Positions 1-8,016 of a DNA stretch of 35,972 bases are shown here, piece by piece (positions within the stretch are counted from its first letter, which is position 1; the number at the start of each line of letters is the position of its first letter). Source of the stretch: a virus (Duplodnaviria > Caudoviricetes). The notes below the pieces were generated by a model. That model was given only the letters and a program-made list of their open reading frames with translations. It ran no database searches and was not told where the DNA came from. The stretch covers positions 1 through 35,972 of the IMG/VR virus record IMGVR_UViG_3300021082_000069; one strand, written 5' to 3'. The position numbers and the translations under genes are program-made.

Positions 1-24
1 GCATTGTTTGGAAGGCATTGGCCA

Positions 25-172
25 TGAGTCTGGCGGCGCGGTTTGAGAAGGGTGGAATTTACCGGAATACGCAGGAACTGGCCGGAATACAGGGGTTTAC
101 AGGCCGGACGGCTACTGGCTGACGGATTGAGAAGAAAACCGGCTAAACCTCCTGTTTGGAAAAGGTTTGTAC
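25..172 (+). repeat. Left-end putative transposase-binding sites (L1 25-50, L2 about 121-137, L3 about 157-172)
   Basis: GGTTTGAGAAG at 40-50, CGGATTGAGAAGAAA at 123-137, TGGAAAAGGTTTG at 157-169; each matches right-end sequence in inverted orientation. Confidence 0.75.
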
Positions 173-188
173 CCGGTTTTTGTGATTT

Positions 189-710
189 TCACAGGAGGGT
201 TAACTGGGCTTTAACGGGCGGTTTTTCTGTCCGTTTCCTGGGCTTTAAAAGGGAGGCGGCCTGGGCGAGCTCGCGGACGGGATCCGGGTCCTTGCGGGCG
301 GCCACTTTTCCGGACATCGCGGTCAGAAGCATCACACTCTCCACCTGGTTGCGCATGGACTTGGCTTCGTCGTAGTAGTCTTCGCCGTGGAGGCGGAAAT
401 GGCTGGTTACGACCTGGCGCAAATAGGCCGGAAGGTAGGTTACTTTGGTGGGTTCACAGAATCTTCCTGCCTCGATCAGGATCTTGGTCATGATTTCCTG
501 GATGCGCAGCAGTGGGAGGGTTACACCTCGGCTGTCTAACCAGGTGGCCGGGTAGAGGACTACCCATTTAAGAAGCCGGGGCCGGTCTTTGAGAAAGGAA
601 ATTCCGGACTCACGGTAAAATTTGGACTGGATCAGGGCGAGGAGGGAGTCGATTAACTCGGGGGAAGTCGGCTGGGAGCGCTCAGCTCTTTTGTTACGTG
701 AAGATTTCAC
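189..710 (-). CDS. Hypothetical protein with C-terminal QLTLL (beta-clamp-motif-like)
   Basis: 173-aa ORF, GTG start, last gene of the leftward arm, protein-like composition. Confidence 0.7.
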   Translation of the reverse strand: MKSSRNKRAERSQPTSPELIDSLLALIQSKFYRESGISFLKDRPRLLKWVVLYPATWLDSRGVTLPLLRIQEIMTKILIEAGRFCEPTKVTYLPAYLRQVVTSHFRLHGEDYYDEAKSMRNQVESVMLLTAMSGKVAARKDPDPVRELAQAASLLKPRKRTEKPPVKAQLTLL

Positions 711-739
711 TGGTACCTCAAATTAGGATCCCGTCGCCA

Positions 740-902
740 AACATAACGAACGATCCGCGATCGTCGGCGCCAGAACATAACGAACGACGCAACGCGGCCG
801 GCCGGCATCAAACATCACGAACACAGGTACCATCACCAGGCATTCGAAACAGCGCCATAGGTTCGTTATGTGTTGATTGAGCCGGCTCATGGTTCGTGAT
901 GT
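740..902. promoter_or_regulatory. Array of five ACAT(A/C)ACGAAC sites (3 direct, 2 inverted)
   Basis: Copies at 741-751, 775-785, 812-822 (+) and 861-871, 892-902 (-), in a stretch lacking the genome-wide G skew. Confidence 0.7.
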
Positions 903-903
903 A

Positions 904-1098
904 CTATTTAGCTGCTGGGCCCGAAACCTTTGAAATTGGGGCACGACGGGCCCTCAGCCGGCGCATGCGCTCGCGGGCCTGGGCGCGAAGGATGTGCTCG
1001 CGGCCGGCGCGCCACTTCCGGTTGGCTTCGCGGATCTTGTCCGGGTTGCGCCTGGCCCAATCGAGGCGGGACTGTTTTTGCTGCCAGGTGAGGCTCAT
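904..1098 (-). CDS. Small Arg-rich helical protein
   Basis: 64 aa, ATGA-coupled to the PolX stop; WARRNPDKIREANRKWR type basic helix seen in phage nucleic-acid-binding proteins. Confidence 0.7.
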   Translation of the reverse strand: MSLTWQQKQSRLDWARRNPDKIREANRKWRAGREHILRAQARERMRRLRARRAPISKVSGPAAK

Positions 1099-1619
1099 GC
1101 TTCGCGGTTTTGGGGTGGGATGAAGCCCAGGCCCAGGGCTTGAAAGACTTCTTCTTCGGTGGCGCTGGCGAGCAGGCGGTTGTCCTGGTCGTAGACGCCC
1201 TGGTAGGGGTTCCAGCGGAGGCCGTTTCGTTTGGCGTGTTCCACCAGTTTAATGTTGTGGTTTTTGCTTCCGGTGCGGCAGATCAGGAGGGTGCCGAAGT
1301 TTGACGGGGTGGTTTCGAACAGGGTCTTGGATTCCGGCCGGGCAAAGAAGATATCTAGCTGAATTTCATCGCCGCCGGCGACAGTCCTGGTGAAGATGCA
1401 GTTCTGGGGGCCGTCGACTTTTTGCACCCAGCGTTCACAGCAGCGGCTGACGATGTTCAGGCGCTGGATCTCGGTGGCTTCAATGACGAGGTCGATGTCT
1501 CCACAGACAGGCCGGGAGCGTCGGATGGAGCCGGCGATGACGAGCTGGGTGCAGAGGGGTTTGAGTTCGCCATAGATCTTGAGGGCGAGCTGGGTGGCGC
1601 GTTGGAGGGGGAGGCTCAT
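1095..1619 (-). CDS. polX: Minimal X-family DNA polymerase / nucleotidyltransferase (palm plus C-terminal subdomain only)
   Basis: IAGSIRR, GDIDLV (DxD), QLDIF (third Asp), TGSKNHN, TEEEVFQALGLGFIPPQNRE: the PolX motif series; no 8-kDa, HhH or PHP domain. Confidence 0.9.
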   Translation of the reverse strand: MSLPLQRATQLALKIYGELKPLCTQLVIAGSIRRSRPVCGDIDLVIEATEIQRLNIVSRCCERWVQKVDGPQNCIFTRTVAGGDEIQLDIFFARPESKTLFETTPSNFGTLLICRTGSKNHNIKLVEHAKRNGLRWNPYQGVYDQDNRLLASATEEEVFQALGLGFIPPQNREA

Positions 1620-1621
1620 GG

Positions 1622-1653
1622 GTGGTTGATGGTTGAGAGTGGAGAGTTGAGGG
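1622..1653 (+). repeat. Mixed heptamer tract (GGTTGAT / GAGAGTT)
   Basis: gtggttgatggttgagagtggagagttgaggg just upstream of polX. Confidence 0.8.
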
Positions 1654-1755
1654 TCAGTGGTCGGAAAAGAAGTAGGCTACGACGTCGATCAGGCAGCAGA
1701 GGGCGAAGCCGGCTATGGCGCCGAAAATGAAATAGAATAGCTCGGAGTCAGTCAT
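1654..1755 (-). CDS. 33-aa single-pass membrane microprotein (not in ORF track)
   Basis: Hand translation MTDSELFYFIFGAIAGFALCCLIDVVAYFFSDH; ATGA-coupled to the upstream microprotein. Confidence 0.6.
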   Translation of the reverse strand: MTDSELFYFIFGAIAGFALCCLIDVVAYFFSDH

Positions 1756-1844
1756 TTTGTCTCGCAAAAGTAGCTGAAGAATAACGGGACTCCAACCAGT
1801 AGGATGAAGACCAAGAGGAGACGGATGATTTCGGTGTCTGTCAT
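1752..1844 (-). CDS. 30-aa single-pass membrane microprotein (not in ORF track)
   Basis: Hand translation MTDTEIIRLLLVFILLVGVPLFFSYFCETK; starts 4 nt after the upstream stop. Confidence 0.6.
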   Translation of the reverse strand: MTDTEIIRLLLVFILLVGVPLFFSYFCETK

Positions 1845-1848
1845 GACA

Positions 1849-2118
1849 TTAAGAGGGGTTTATTGCTTCTTCAAATGTGGTGCAGAGGTAATGTGGTGGA
1901 AGGCCGCCCAAGGAACTCAGGAATATAGGGGCTCCAGAATTCAGTTTCTGGAGTTCTGCCGCCGTTGGGAGCCAGGCGACAACCACGAGTTGAGCACCAT
2001 CCACAGATCCACCACTGACATGCCCAAGGAATGCAGGAATGGTACGGCATTGGGATTCCCCCAAGTCCTCTGGAGGGCCGAATTTACTGTTGGCTTGTGG
2101 GAATGTGCAGGGGGTCAT
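1849..2118 (-). CDS. Hypothetical phage protein
   Basis: 89 aa, tightly packed in the early operon. Confidence 0.75.
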   Translation of the reverse strand: MTPCTFPQANSKFGPPEDLGESQCRTIPAFLGHVSGGSVDGAQLVVVAWLPTAAELQKLNSGAPIFLSSLGGLPPHYLCTTFEEAINPS

Positions 2119-2121
2119 GGG

Positions 2122-2757
2122 TCAGAAGGGGTTTTCGTCTTCACAGTAAACAGGCTCCAGGGTTTCGACTTCTGGCTCCGTAGCCTGGTCGGGCTGTCTT
2201 GGGTCTTTGTTGGGATGGAGGGGTTCCAGGTCTTTTGACCCAAAGTGAACCCGGTTGAGGGTTGAGGGGCGAGGGGCGAGGGACGCCTGGCGTTTGGCGC
2301 GATCGCGGGCTGACTTTGCTACCGTGTGTTCCGCGGCCGCGCGGGAGGCCAGGGTGTTCCTTAGCTGTTCGAGCTGGTCGAGGGTTAACTGGTCGAGGTC
2401 GGTGGTGCCCCAGCGGTCGCGGGCGATGGTTTGCCAGTATTCCGTTGATAGGCCGTATTCCTGGAGGCTGTGTTTGATTTTCCACGTCAGCCGGATTCTT
2501 GGCTGGTCCTGGGCGCGGAGCTGGGGAGCGAGGGAGTCGGGACGGGAGAGGAGGGCGAGTTCGGCGAGGACTTTGTCGAAGCCTTTGGTGTGGTCCACCT
2601 GGGTGAGGCTGGTGAAGCCGGCGCGCTGGAGGAGGGCTTTGCGTTCGGCGTCGATTTGGGCGCCGGTCCAGGAGTGGGCTTTGTCCCAGCCTTGGACGTG
2701 GCAGGCGACGGACCACTCGCGCCAGAAGCGTTTAGTTTGGGAGGGGGTTAGGAGCAT
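2122..2757 (-). CDS. GemA/DUF1018 (Mu gp16)-like protein
   Basis: ERKALLQRAGFTSLTQV...FDKVLAEL and DLDQLTLDQLEQLRNTL resemble the two GemA half-domains; late-early position in a Mu-like phage. Confidence 0.55.
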   Translation of the reverse strand: MLLTPSQTKRFWREWSVACHVQGWDKAHSWTGAQIDAERKALLQRAGFTSLTQVDHTKGFDKVLAELALLSRPDSLAPQLRAQDQPRIRLTWKIKHSLQEYGLSTEYWQTIARDRWGTTDLDQLTLDQLEQLRNTLASRAAAEHTVAKSARDRAKRQASLAPRPSTLNRVHFGSKDLEPLHPNKDPRQPDQATEPEVETLEPVYCEDENPF

Positions 2758-3149
2758 AGGGGCGAGGGTCGAGGGTCGAGGGTCGAGGGAAGGGAGGAGA
2801 GGATCACCTTTAGTTGGGTCTTGCAGGCTGGATCGTATTCACAGCGGATGTCGACGTCCCGGATCGCGTGGCGCGCGCCGCTGTGGGTTAGGCCGACGAG
2901 GTTTCCAATTTGGGTGTGGTTTAGGCCAGTCTCGTTCCGGATGATGTAGCAGACGAGGTTGCGGGCCCAGACGATGTGGTCGGGTCGGGATTTGGAGAGG
3001 ATCTGAGCGCGGCTGACGCCGGTGTGGAGGGTGACAGCCTGGATGACCTGGTCGAAGGTGTTTTGCTGGGCGGCGCGGTTTTGCGGGAAGTGGAGGAGGA
3101 TGTTTTCCAGGACTTGGATCCGGGCTTCGAGTTGTTCGAGGGTGGGCAT
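2748..3149 (-). CDS. DnaA C-terminal (domain IV)-like HTH protein
   Basis: DQVIQAV...GVSRAQILSKSR...IVWARNLVCYIIRNETGLNHTQIG...HSGARHAI matches the Bac_DnaA_C pattern; start re-called to ATG 3149. Confidence 0.8.
   Translation of the reverse strand: MPTLEQLEARIQVLENILLHFPQNRAAQQNTFDQVIQAVTLHTGVSRAQILSKSRPDHIVWARNLVCYIIRNETGLNHTQIGNLVGLTHSGARHAIRDVDIRCEYDPACKTQLKVILSSLPSTLDPRPSPLCS
2758..2789 (+). repeat. Heptamer tract GAGGG(G/T)C x4
   Basis: aggggcgagggtcgagggtcgagggtcgaggg; forms the C-terminal tail (PSTLDPRPSP) of the DnaA-C-like gene. Confidence 0.85.
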
Positions 3150-3150
3150 T

Positions 3151-3546
3151 TTAACAGGAGGTAACGGAGGGGACAGGAGGGTCGAAGGTGAACCATTCTG
3201 GGGTGTGGCGAGGGATGTATCCGCGGCCAGGCAGAGGATGGTTTCGGCACCACTTTGGACCAGAGATACAGATTGGATAGTGGCCACGGCCTCCGCACTC
3301 GTGGCAGGATTCATAGTCATCCAGGTCATACCAGAGAGGGTCTTGCTCATGGAGTTCGCCGGGTCCCGTGATGCCTTCTCCACCACAAGCTCCGCAATTT
3401 TCAAATTCCAGCGTGGAACCGCAGCGAGCACATTGGCAATCCCAGCGGCGAGAGTCTCTGGGAGGATGCGAGGCGATAACTCTATTCGATAAGGTCCGCG
3501 AGTAGTAGTAACGGAGGCGGCGAAGGGATTTGTAGCGTTTACTCAT
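3151..3546 (-). CDS. DnaJ-type zinc-finger protein
   Basis: CARCG, CGACGGEG and CHECGGRG motifs; start re-called to ATG 3546. Confidence 0.75.
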   Translation of the reverse strand: MSKRYKSLRRLRYYYSRTLSNRVIASHPPRDSRRWDCQCARCGSTLEFENCGACGGEGITGPGELHEQDPLWYDLDDYESCHECGGRGHYPICISGPKWCRNHPLPGRGYIPRHTPEWFTFDPPVPSVTSC

Positions 3547-3554
3547 GCGTCCTT

Positions 3555-3818
3555 TCAGGCGCGGCCGCCGGGGCCGGAGCGGCGGCTTTTTGGGAGGCGG
3601 CGGGGTTTGGCGTAGCGGTTGTAGGCATCGGCGAATACCTGGCAAACTTCCGGGCTCTTGATTCCGTGCACGAGAGCGGCCCGGCCGACGATTATGGTGA
3701 GGACCTGGTCGCGCTCGAACAAGTCATCGACTTTGCAGCCATATTGGACGGGCCCGGCGTTGAGGCACCGAGCGAGCGCGTTGACCTGGGCTTCGGTGAT
3801 ATCGATGGTTAGTTTCAA
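3555..3818 (-). CDS. Hypothetical protein
   Basis: 87 aa, TTG start directly after a repeat tract. Confidence 0.65.
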   Translation of the reverse strand: MKLTIDITEAQVNALARCLNAGPVQYGCKVDDLFERDQVLTIIVGRAALVHGIKSPEVCQVFADAYNRYAKPRRLPKSRRSGPGGRA

Positions 3819-3821
3819 GGG

Positions 3822-3846
3822 TGGTTGATGGTTGATGGTTGATGGT
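3822..3846 (+). repeat. Heptamer tract GGTTGAT x3
   Basis: tggttgatggttgatggttgatggt fills the intergenic gap. Confidence 0.9.
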
Positions 3847-4031
3847 CAGAACGCGGACCAGCCCCAGGTGATTAGGTACCAGACCAGGCGGGCGAAGACG
3901 CCTACGCCTACCAGGCAGGTGGCGACGATGAAGGCGGTGGCGAAGACGGTGAGGGCTACGGTTAGGGATTTCATGGTTCGGTGGATTTGTTGTTTTCGGT
4001 TTAGTTCGGAGACGTCGAGGAAGTTGTTCAT
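3846..4031 (-). CDS. Small membrane protein
   Basis: 61 aa with a long hydrophobic C-terminal half. Confidence 0.7.
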   Translation of the reverse strand: MNNFLDVSELNRKQQIHRTMKSLTVALTVFATAFIVATCLVGVGVFARLVWYLITWGWSAF

Positions 4032-4273
4032 GGTTGATGGTTGATGGTTGATGGTTGGGCGGGAACGGAGGCGAGTTTTCGGAGTTTCCGCAGGGTTCGT
4101 TCGGCGGCTTTGCGGACGGTTAGTTGGATTTCCTGGTCGGTGATGATGGCCTGCAGCTCGGGGATGGTCATCTTCTTGAGTCTGTCCAGGCGGTCTTCAA
4201 CACAGCAGGTGCAGACGACTCGCTCCCGCGGTGTTCCGGCGTCGATGATGTATTCGAAGGGTTTGAGTTTCAT
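4028..4273 (-). CDS. Hypothetical protein; C-terminus encoded by a GGTTGAT tract (4031-4056)
   Basis: 81 aa, ends QPSTINHQP, ATGA-coupled to the next gene. Confidence 0.7.
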   Translation of the reverse strand: MKLKPFEYIIDAGTPRERVVCTCCVEDRLDRLKKMTIPELQAIITDQEIQLTVRKAAERTLRKLRKLASVPAQPSTINHQP

Positions 4274-4275
4274 TT

Positions 4276-4746
4276 TTATTGGATGGGTTCTTGGTCGTCC
4301 CAGTTGACTTTGATGTCGCTCTTGGGGATGCCGTATTTGTCGCGGCTTAGGCAGGCGGTGATGAAAGCCGGCGCGGCTTTTCCGAGGATGGCGTCGGCCT
4401 CGGTGCGGAAGCGTTTTCCGTTGTCGAAGTTGTTTTCCCAGGTCTGGGTGAGGGTGAAGAAGTCGCGGAGGTGGCCATCGGCGGCGTCGGCGATTTTGAC
4501 GTGGACCGGGCTGTCGTGTTTGAAGGTGCCGATGAGTTTATCGGCGGTGAAGATGACGGGGATCAGGACGCGGGATCCGCGGGCGAGGAAGCGACGGCCT
4601 TCGCGGTCGGCGTCTTTGAGTTCGACGTGATCGCCGTGGAGGCCGGCTTGTTCGAGTTTTTTCTCGATGTCTTTAAGCTCGGCCTGGAGGGTTTTGATTT
4701 GTTTGCGGATATCGAGGCCGCGGTCGACGAGGGGAGTTAAGTTCAT
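4276..4746 (-). CDS. Hypothetical protein with N-terminal coiled coil
   Basis: 156 aa, C-ending codon bias typical of the early arm. Confidence 0.8.
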   Translation of the reverse strand: MNLTPLVDRGLDIRKQIKTLQAELKDIEKKLEQAGLHGDHVELKDADREGRRFLARGSRVLIPVIFTADKLIGTFKHDSPVHVKIADAADGHLRDFFTLTQTWENNFDNGKRFRTEADAILGKAAPAFITACLSRDKYGIPKSDIKVNWDDQEPIQ

Positions 4747-4748
4747 CA

Positions 4749-4781
4749 GATAGTTGATGGTTGATGGTTGATGGTTGATGG
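4749..4781 (+). repeat. Heptamer tract GATGGTT x4-5
   Basis: gatagttgatggttgatggttgatggttgatgg is nearly the entire intergenic gap. Confidence 0.9.
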
Positions 4782-4782
4782 A

Positions 4783-5061
4783 TCAGGAGCCGAGGCGGCC
4801 TTGGAGGATGGCTCGGCGTTTGGCTATGCGGCCGAGTTCGCGTTCGCAGGCGCGGGCGGATTTGGCGTCGGAGCGGTTGAGTTTTTGGATATCGGCCGCG
4901 CAGACTCGATTGGCCGCTTTGACGGCGCGATCGCGGAGGCGGACGGTTTGCTGGGCGAGCCGGCCGAGTAGCCTGCGATGGTGGCCGGCGTCGCGAGTGA
5001 TTTTCTTTTCCGCGCGATCGAGGGCGCGGAGTTCGGCTTTGTAGTTTTTGGTCATGTTCAT
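4783..5061 (-). CDS. Basic helical hypothetical protein
   Basis: 92 aa, Arg/Ala-rich. Confidence 0.7.
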   Translation of the reverse strand: MNMTKNYKAELRALDRAEKKITRDAGHHRRLLGRLAQQTVRLRDRAVKAANRVCAADIQKLNRSDAKSARACERELGRIAKRRAILQGRLGS

Positions 5062-5070
5062 GAAGTGGTC

Positions 5071-5096
5071 GATAGTTGATGGTTGATGGTTGATGG
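5071..5096 (+). repeat. Heptamer tract GATGGTT x3-4
   Basis: gatagttgatggttgatggttgatgg. Confidence 0.9.
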
Positions 5097-5097
5097 G

Positions 5098-5469
5098 TCA
5101 GACGGAGAGTTGGAGGTGGAGGAGTTTCAGGGTGGTTTGGATCAGGGCCGCGTCTTCAGGACGGGGTTTGAGGTTCAGGCTGGTGCTGCCGAGGAGGGGA
5201 TCGATTTCGACACCGGACTCGGTGATGCGGCAGAAACCTGCGCTGATAGGTTTGGTGGAGGGTTTGTCCACGAGGTTGCTGTGCTGGATGCTGGGATGGA
5301 ACAGAACGGCGAGCTCCAGTCCGGGGACGGGCGCGACGATGATGTATTTGAGGAGCGATTCGGGTTGTATCGACGTGCTGCGGGCCGGGACTGCCCGCGG
5401 TCCTGGGGAAGTGGCGGCTCTTGCTAGCATGGCGTGGGTGGGCATTAGGAGGTCGTAGGGGGAGGTCAT
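5098..5469 (-). CDS. Hypothetical phage protein
   Basis: 123 aa; LKYIIV...LF...H...SAGF...S.SL.L..R.ED pattern familiar from small phage proteins. Confidence 0.75.
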   Translation of the reverse strand: MTSPYDLLMPTHAMLARAATSPGPRAVPARSTSIQPESLLKYIIVAPVPGLELAVLFHPSIQHSNLVDKPSTKPISAGFCRITESGVEIDPLLGSTSLNLKPRPEDAALIQTTLKLLHLQLSV

Positions 5470-5474
5470 GGGGC

Positions 5475-5710
<236 letters not shown>

Positions 5711-5714
<4 letters not shown>

Positions 5715-5995
5715 GCTTCATCCTGGGGTTGGAGGGATTCGAGCCAGGCTACGGCTACGGCGGCTACCTGGATTAGTTCGGTGCGGAGGTTTCCTTCGGG
5801 GTCTTCGGCTTCGGATTCGAAGTTGGTTAGGTCGAGGACTTCTTTGGCGACTTCGCCCACCTCTTCCGTGAGGACGGCGAGTTTGTGGGAGTGTTCGATT
5901 AGCGGGCTGGCACAGGTGCCGGTGCCGTGGAGTTTCTCCTGGCGGAGGCGCTCGGCGCGGATGGCGGTGAAGATTTTAGCGAGTTGCAGTTTCAT
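5711..5995 (-). CDS. MazG-like NTP pyrophosphohydrolase
   Basis: ERLRQ...LTEEVGEVAKE...ELIQVAAVAVAW motif set; start re-called to ATG 5995. Confidence 0.8.
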
Positions 5996-6180
5996 GCGGG
6001 TTCGAGGTTGGGGGTTAGGAGGAGTTCTCGCTCGATGCGGCGGAGGCCGGCGCGGGTGGGGGAGACGATTTCGGTGCTGCGGTGGATGCCGCCGCTGCAG
6101 GTCTTGATGTGGTAGTGGACGCGCTTGGTCCAGACGGTGAGGGTCTCGCCCTGGTGGTTGATGGTTTGGGGTCTTTTCAT
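5992..6180 (-). CDS. Hypothetical protein
   Basis: 62 aa, ATGA-coupled to the MazG-like gene. Confidence 0.65.
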   Translation of the reverse strand: MKRPQTINHQGETLTVWTKRVHYHIKTCSGGIHRSTEIVSPTRAGLRRIERELLLTPNLEPA

Positions 6181-6207
6181 ATGGGGTTAACGCGGGGTTA
6201 AGGAACG

Positions 6208-6278
6208 TTGGAATGTTGGAATGTTGGAGTATTGGAATGGTGGAATGGTTGATGGTTGATGGGATTTCAGATTTCAGA
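6208..6278 (+). repeat. Composite tract: octamers TGGAATG(T/G), heptamers GGTTGAT and GATTTCA
   Basis: ttggaatgttggaatgttggagtattggaatggtggaatggttgatggttgatgggatttcagatttcag. Confidence 0.85.
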
Positions 6279-6572
6279 GGGGGGAAGATTAGGATCAATT
6301 TCGTTGTGAATCTGCTTCAGGAGCCGGTGTCCTTTCTCGGTCGGGTGTTCGATGGTTTTCGAGTCGCGCTCGGCGTAGTGAAGGAAGGGGATGTAAGCAT
6401 CATCCTTGCGCATGGAGGCGTATTCGAGTTCGCACTTCAGGCTTGCGACAACCACGGCGGCGGCTTTGACCTGGTGGGCCACGGTCTCGATTGCTCTCGG
6501 GTCGGTTTCAAGACGCTCAAAGGCGCCCAAGAGACAATCCCTTAGTTCCCGGATGTTTTGTGGTTTCGGCAT
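6267..6572 (-). CDS. Hypothetical phage protein (partner of upstream ORF)
   Basis: 101 aa helical ORF overlapping the upstream ORF end. Confidence 0.7.
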   Translation of the reverse strand: MPKPQNIRELRDCLLGAFERLETDPRAIETVAHQVKAAAVVVASLKCELEYASMRKDDAYIPFLHYAERDSKTIEHPTEKGHRLLKQIHNEIDPNLPPSEI

Positions 6573-6868
6573 ATACGTAGTCCTTGAAGTTGCGTGCGCT
6601 TTAGGGAAACGAGGTCTTCAGGCCAGGTGCTCATTTTCAGGGAGGAGCCGCGGGAGAGCCGCCAGCGAACATAGCTATCGGAGAGGGATTGTCTCGCGCG
6701 CTGCGCAGTGCGGCGGTTCCGCGCTCGCTTGCGATCCGGATTCTTCCGATCGCGCTCAATGATGGAGGCATAGAGCTTCTTTTTGTGGCGCTGGTAGTAG
6801 GTCTTATTCCACAGCCTCTGGCCTGATACGCGATCAGGTATGGGGGTGATGTCTAATGTGAGTTTCAC
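6542..6868 (-). CDS. Basic hypothetical phage protein
   Basis: 108 aa, GTG start, LSDSYVR...PEDLVSLKR pattern. Confidence 0.7.
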   Translation of the reverse strand: MKLTLDITPIPDRVSGQRLWNKTYYQRHKKKLYASIIERDRKNPDRKRARNRRTAQRARQSLSDSYVRWRLSRGSSLKMSTWPEDLVSLKRTQLQGLRICRNHKTSGN

Positions 6869-6890
6869 GGGTGGGTGAGGGTTGATGGGG

Positions 6891-7940
6891 TTATTGGAGT
6901 TGGTATTGGCGGAGGAGGAGGGTGTGGGCCTGGCGGAAGGCCTGGCACCAGGTTAGGTCTTTGTTTTTGCCGTGCTTGATTTCGCTGGCGAGCTTGAGTT
7001 GTTTTTCGACGCTGCGGAAATGGCCGTGCTGGGTGCAGACGCGTTCACAGAGGTCGCGGAGTTCATCGAGTTCGCCGTTGACGTCCTGGGCGATGCTCTT
7101 GATCTGGTGGGTGATTAGTTTGCGGCGGTCTTTCTCGCCGGGCTTGACGGCCCAGTGGATGCCGACGCGGCTGAAGCGCTGGGGGTCGTCTTCGAGTTTC
7201 AGAACGAGTTCGTCGGTGCCGATCAAACAAATCGGGATGTTGGTCTCGTCGTAGAGGTCGAAGAGGAGGTGGAGCGCGGGGCGGGTGAGTTTGTGGGCGT
7301 CGTCAACGATGAGGGGGCGGTCGGATCCGCGGAGGCTGGTGACGAGGAAGCTGGCGCGTTTGGTCTGGGGATCGTAGCCGACGTGAGGGATGACGTCCCA
7401 GAGGGCGGACTGGAGGCTATTCTTATCACTCGACCAGGCGCGGACGTGGAAGAGCATGGCGAGGACATTGGATTTTTGGATGAGCTCGATGCCGCGGGTT
7501 TTGCCTTCGCCGGATTCGGCGACGATGACGCCGAGGTCGTTGGTTTTGCGGATGTATTCGAAGGCGGTGAGCATTTGGTCGACGATGTCGCAGGGGGCGG
7601 TCTCGATGCCGGAGAGGCGGCGGCGTTCTTCGTTGCGGAGGAAGTCATCAGCGCTGCGTTCGAGGCGGGCGATATCACCATCATAGATGCAGCCGCGCTC
7701 GTTGAGGTATTGGGATACGACGGAGACGTTGACGCCGAATTTGGTGGCGAATTTGGCGTTGGACCAGGGGGAGCCGTCCTGGTCGCGCATATCGATGAGT
7801 TTTTGCCGGAGGAGGGTGTTACAGGCGAAGATGCGGCGCTCGCGGCCGCCCTCGGTTTTGAAGGTGCCGAGGATTTCAGCCTTTTTGTTGGTGACTGGGG
7901 TTTCGTCGCGGTCGGTGGGGGGGAGGGATAGGGTATGCAT
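6891..7940 (-). CDS. MuB-like AAA+ transposition ATPase with N-terminal HTH
   Basis: HTH (FATKFGVNVSVVSQYL), Walker A AESGEGKT, Walker B LIVDDAHKL, LIGT and SRVG motifs; directly downstream of the transposase. Confidence 0.92.
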   Translation of the reverse strand: MHTLSLPPTDRDETPVTNKKAEILGTFKTEGGRERRIFACNTLLRQKLIDMRDQDGSPWSNAKFATKFGVNVSVVSQYLNERGCIYDGDIARLERSADDFLRNEERRRLSGIETAPCDIVDQMLTAFEYIRKTNDLGVIVAESGEGKTRGIELIQKSNVLAMLFHVRAWSSDKNSLQSALWDVIPHVGYDPQTKRASFLVTSLRGSDRPLIVDDAHKLTRPALHLLFDLYDETNIPICLIGTDELVLKLEDDPQRFSRVGIHWAVKPGEKDRRKLITHQIKSIAQDVNGELDELRDLCERVCTQHGHFRSVEKQLKLASEIKHGKNKDLTWCQAFRQAHTLLLRQYQLQ

Positions 7941-7945
7941 TTTGT

Positions 7946-8004
7946 TTGGAATGTTGGAATGTTGGAATGGTGGATTGGTGGAATGGTGGAATGGTGGAAT
8001 GATG
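7946..8004 (+). repeat. Octamer tract TGGAATG(T/G/A) x7
   Basis: ttggaatgttggaatgttggaatggtggattggtggaatggtggaatggtggaatgatgg between the transposase and MuB genes. Confidence 0.9.
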
Positions 8005-8016
8005 GTTCGGGGGGGG

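Noticed and set aside
1-24. Alternative left end at TG 5-6 or 19-20
   Set aside because: Only TG at 25 gives the same spacing to the GCGGCG-GGTTTGAGAAG core as the right-end CA.
740-902. Mini-CRISPR array
   Set aside because: Repeats are only 11-14 bp, two are inverted, spacing is irregular, and no cas genes are present.
723-944. 73-aa minus-strand ORF across the site array
   Set aside because: No recognisable motif, overlaps the upstream gene, and lacks arm-typical codon bias; better explained as a cis-site region, though not excluded.
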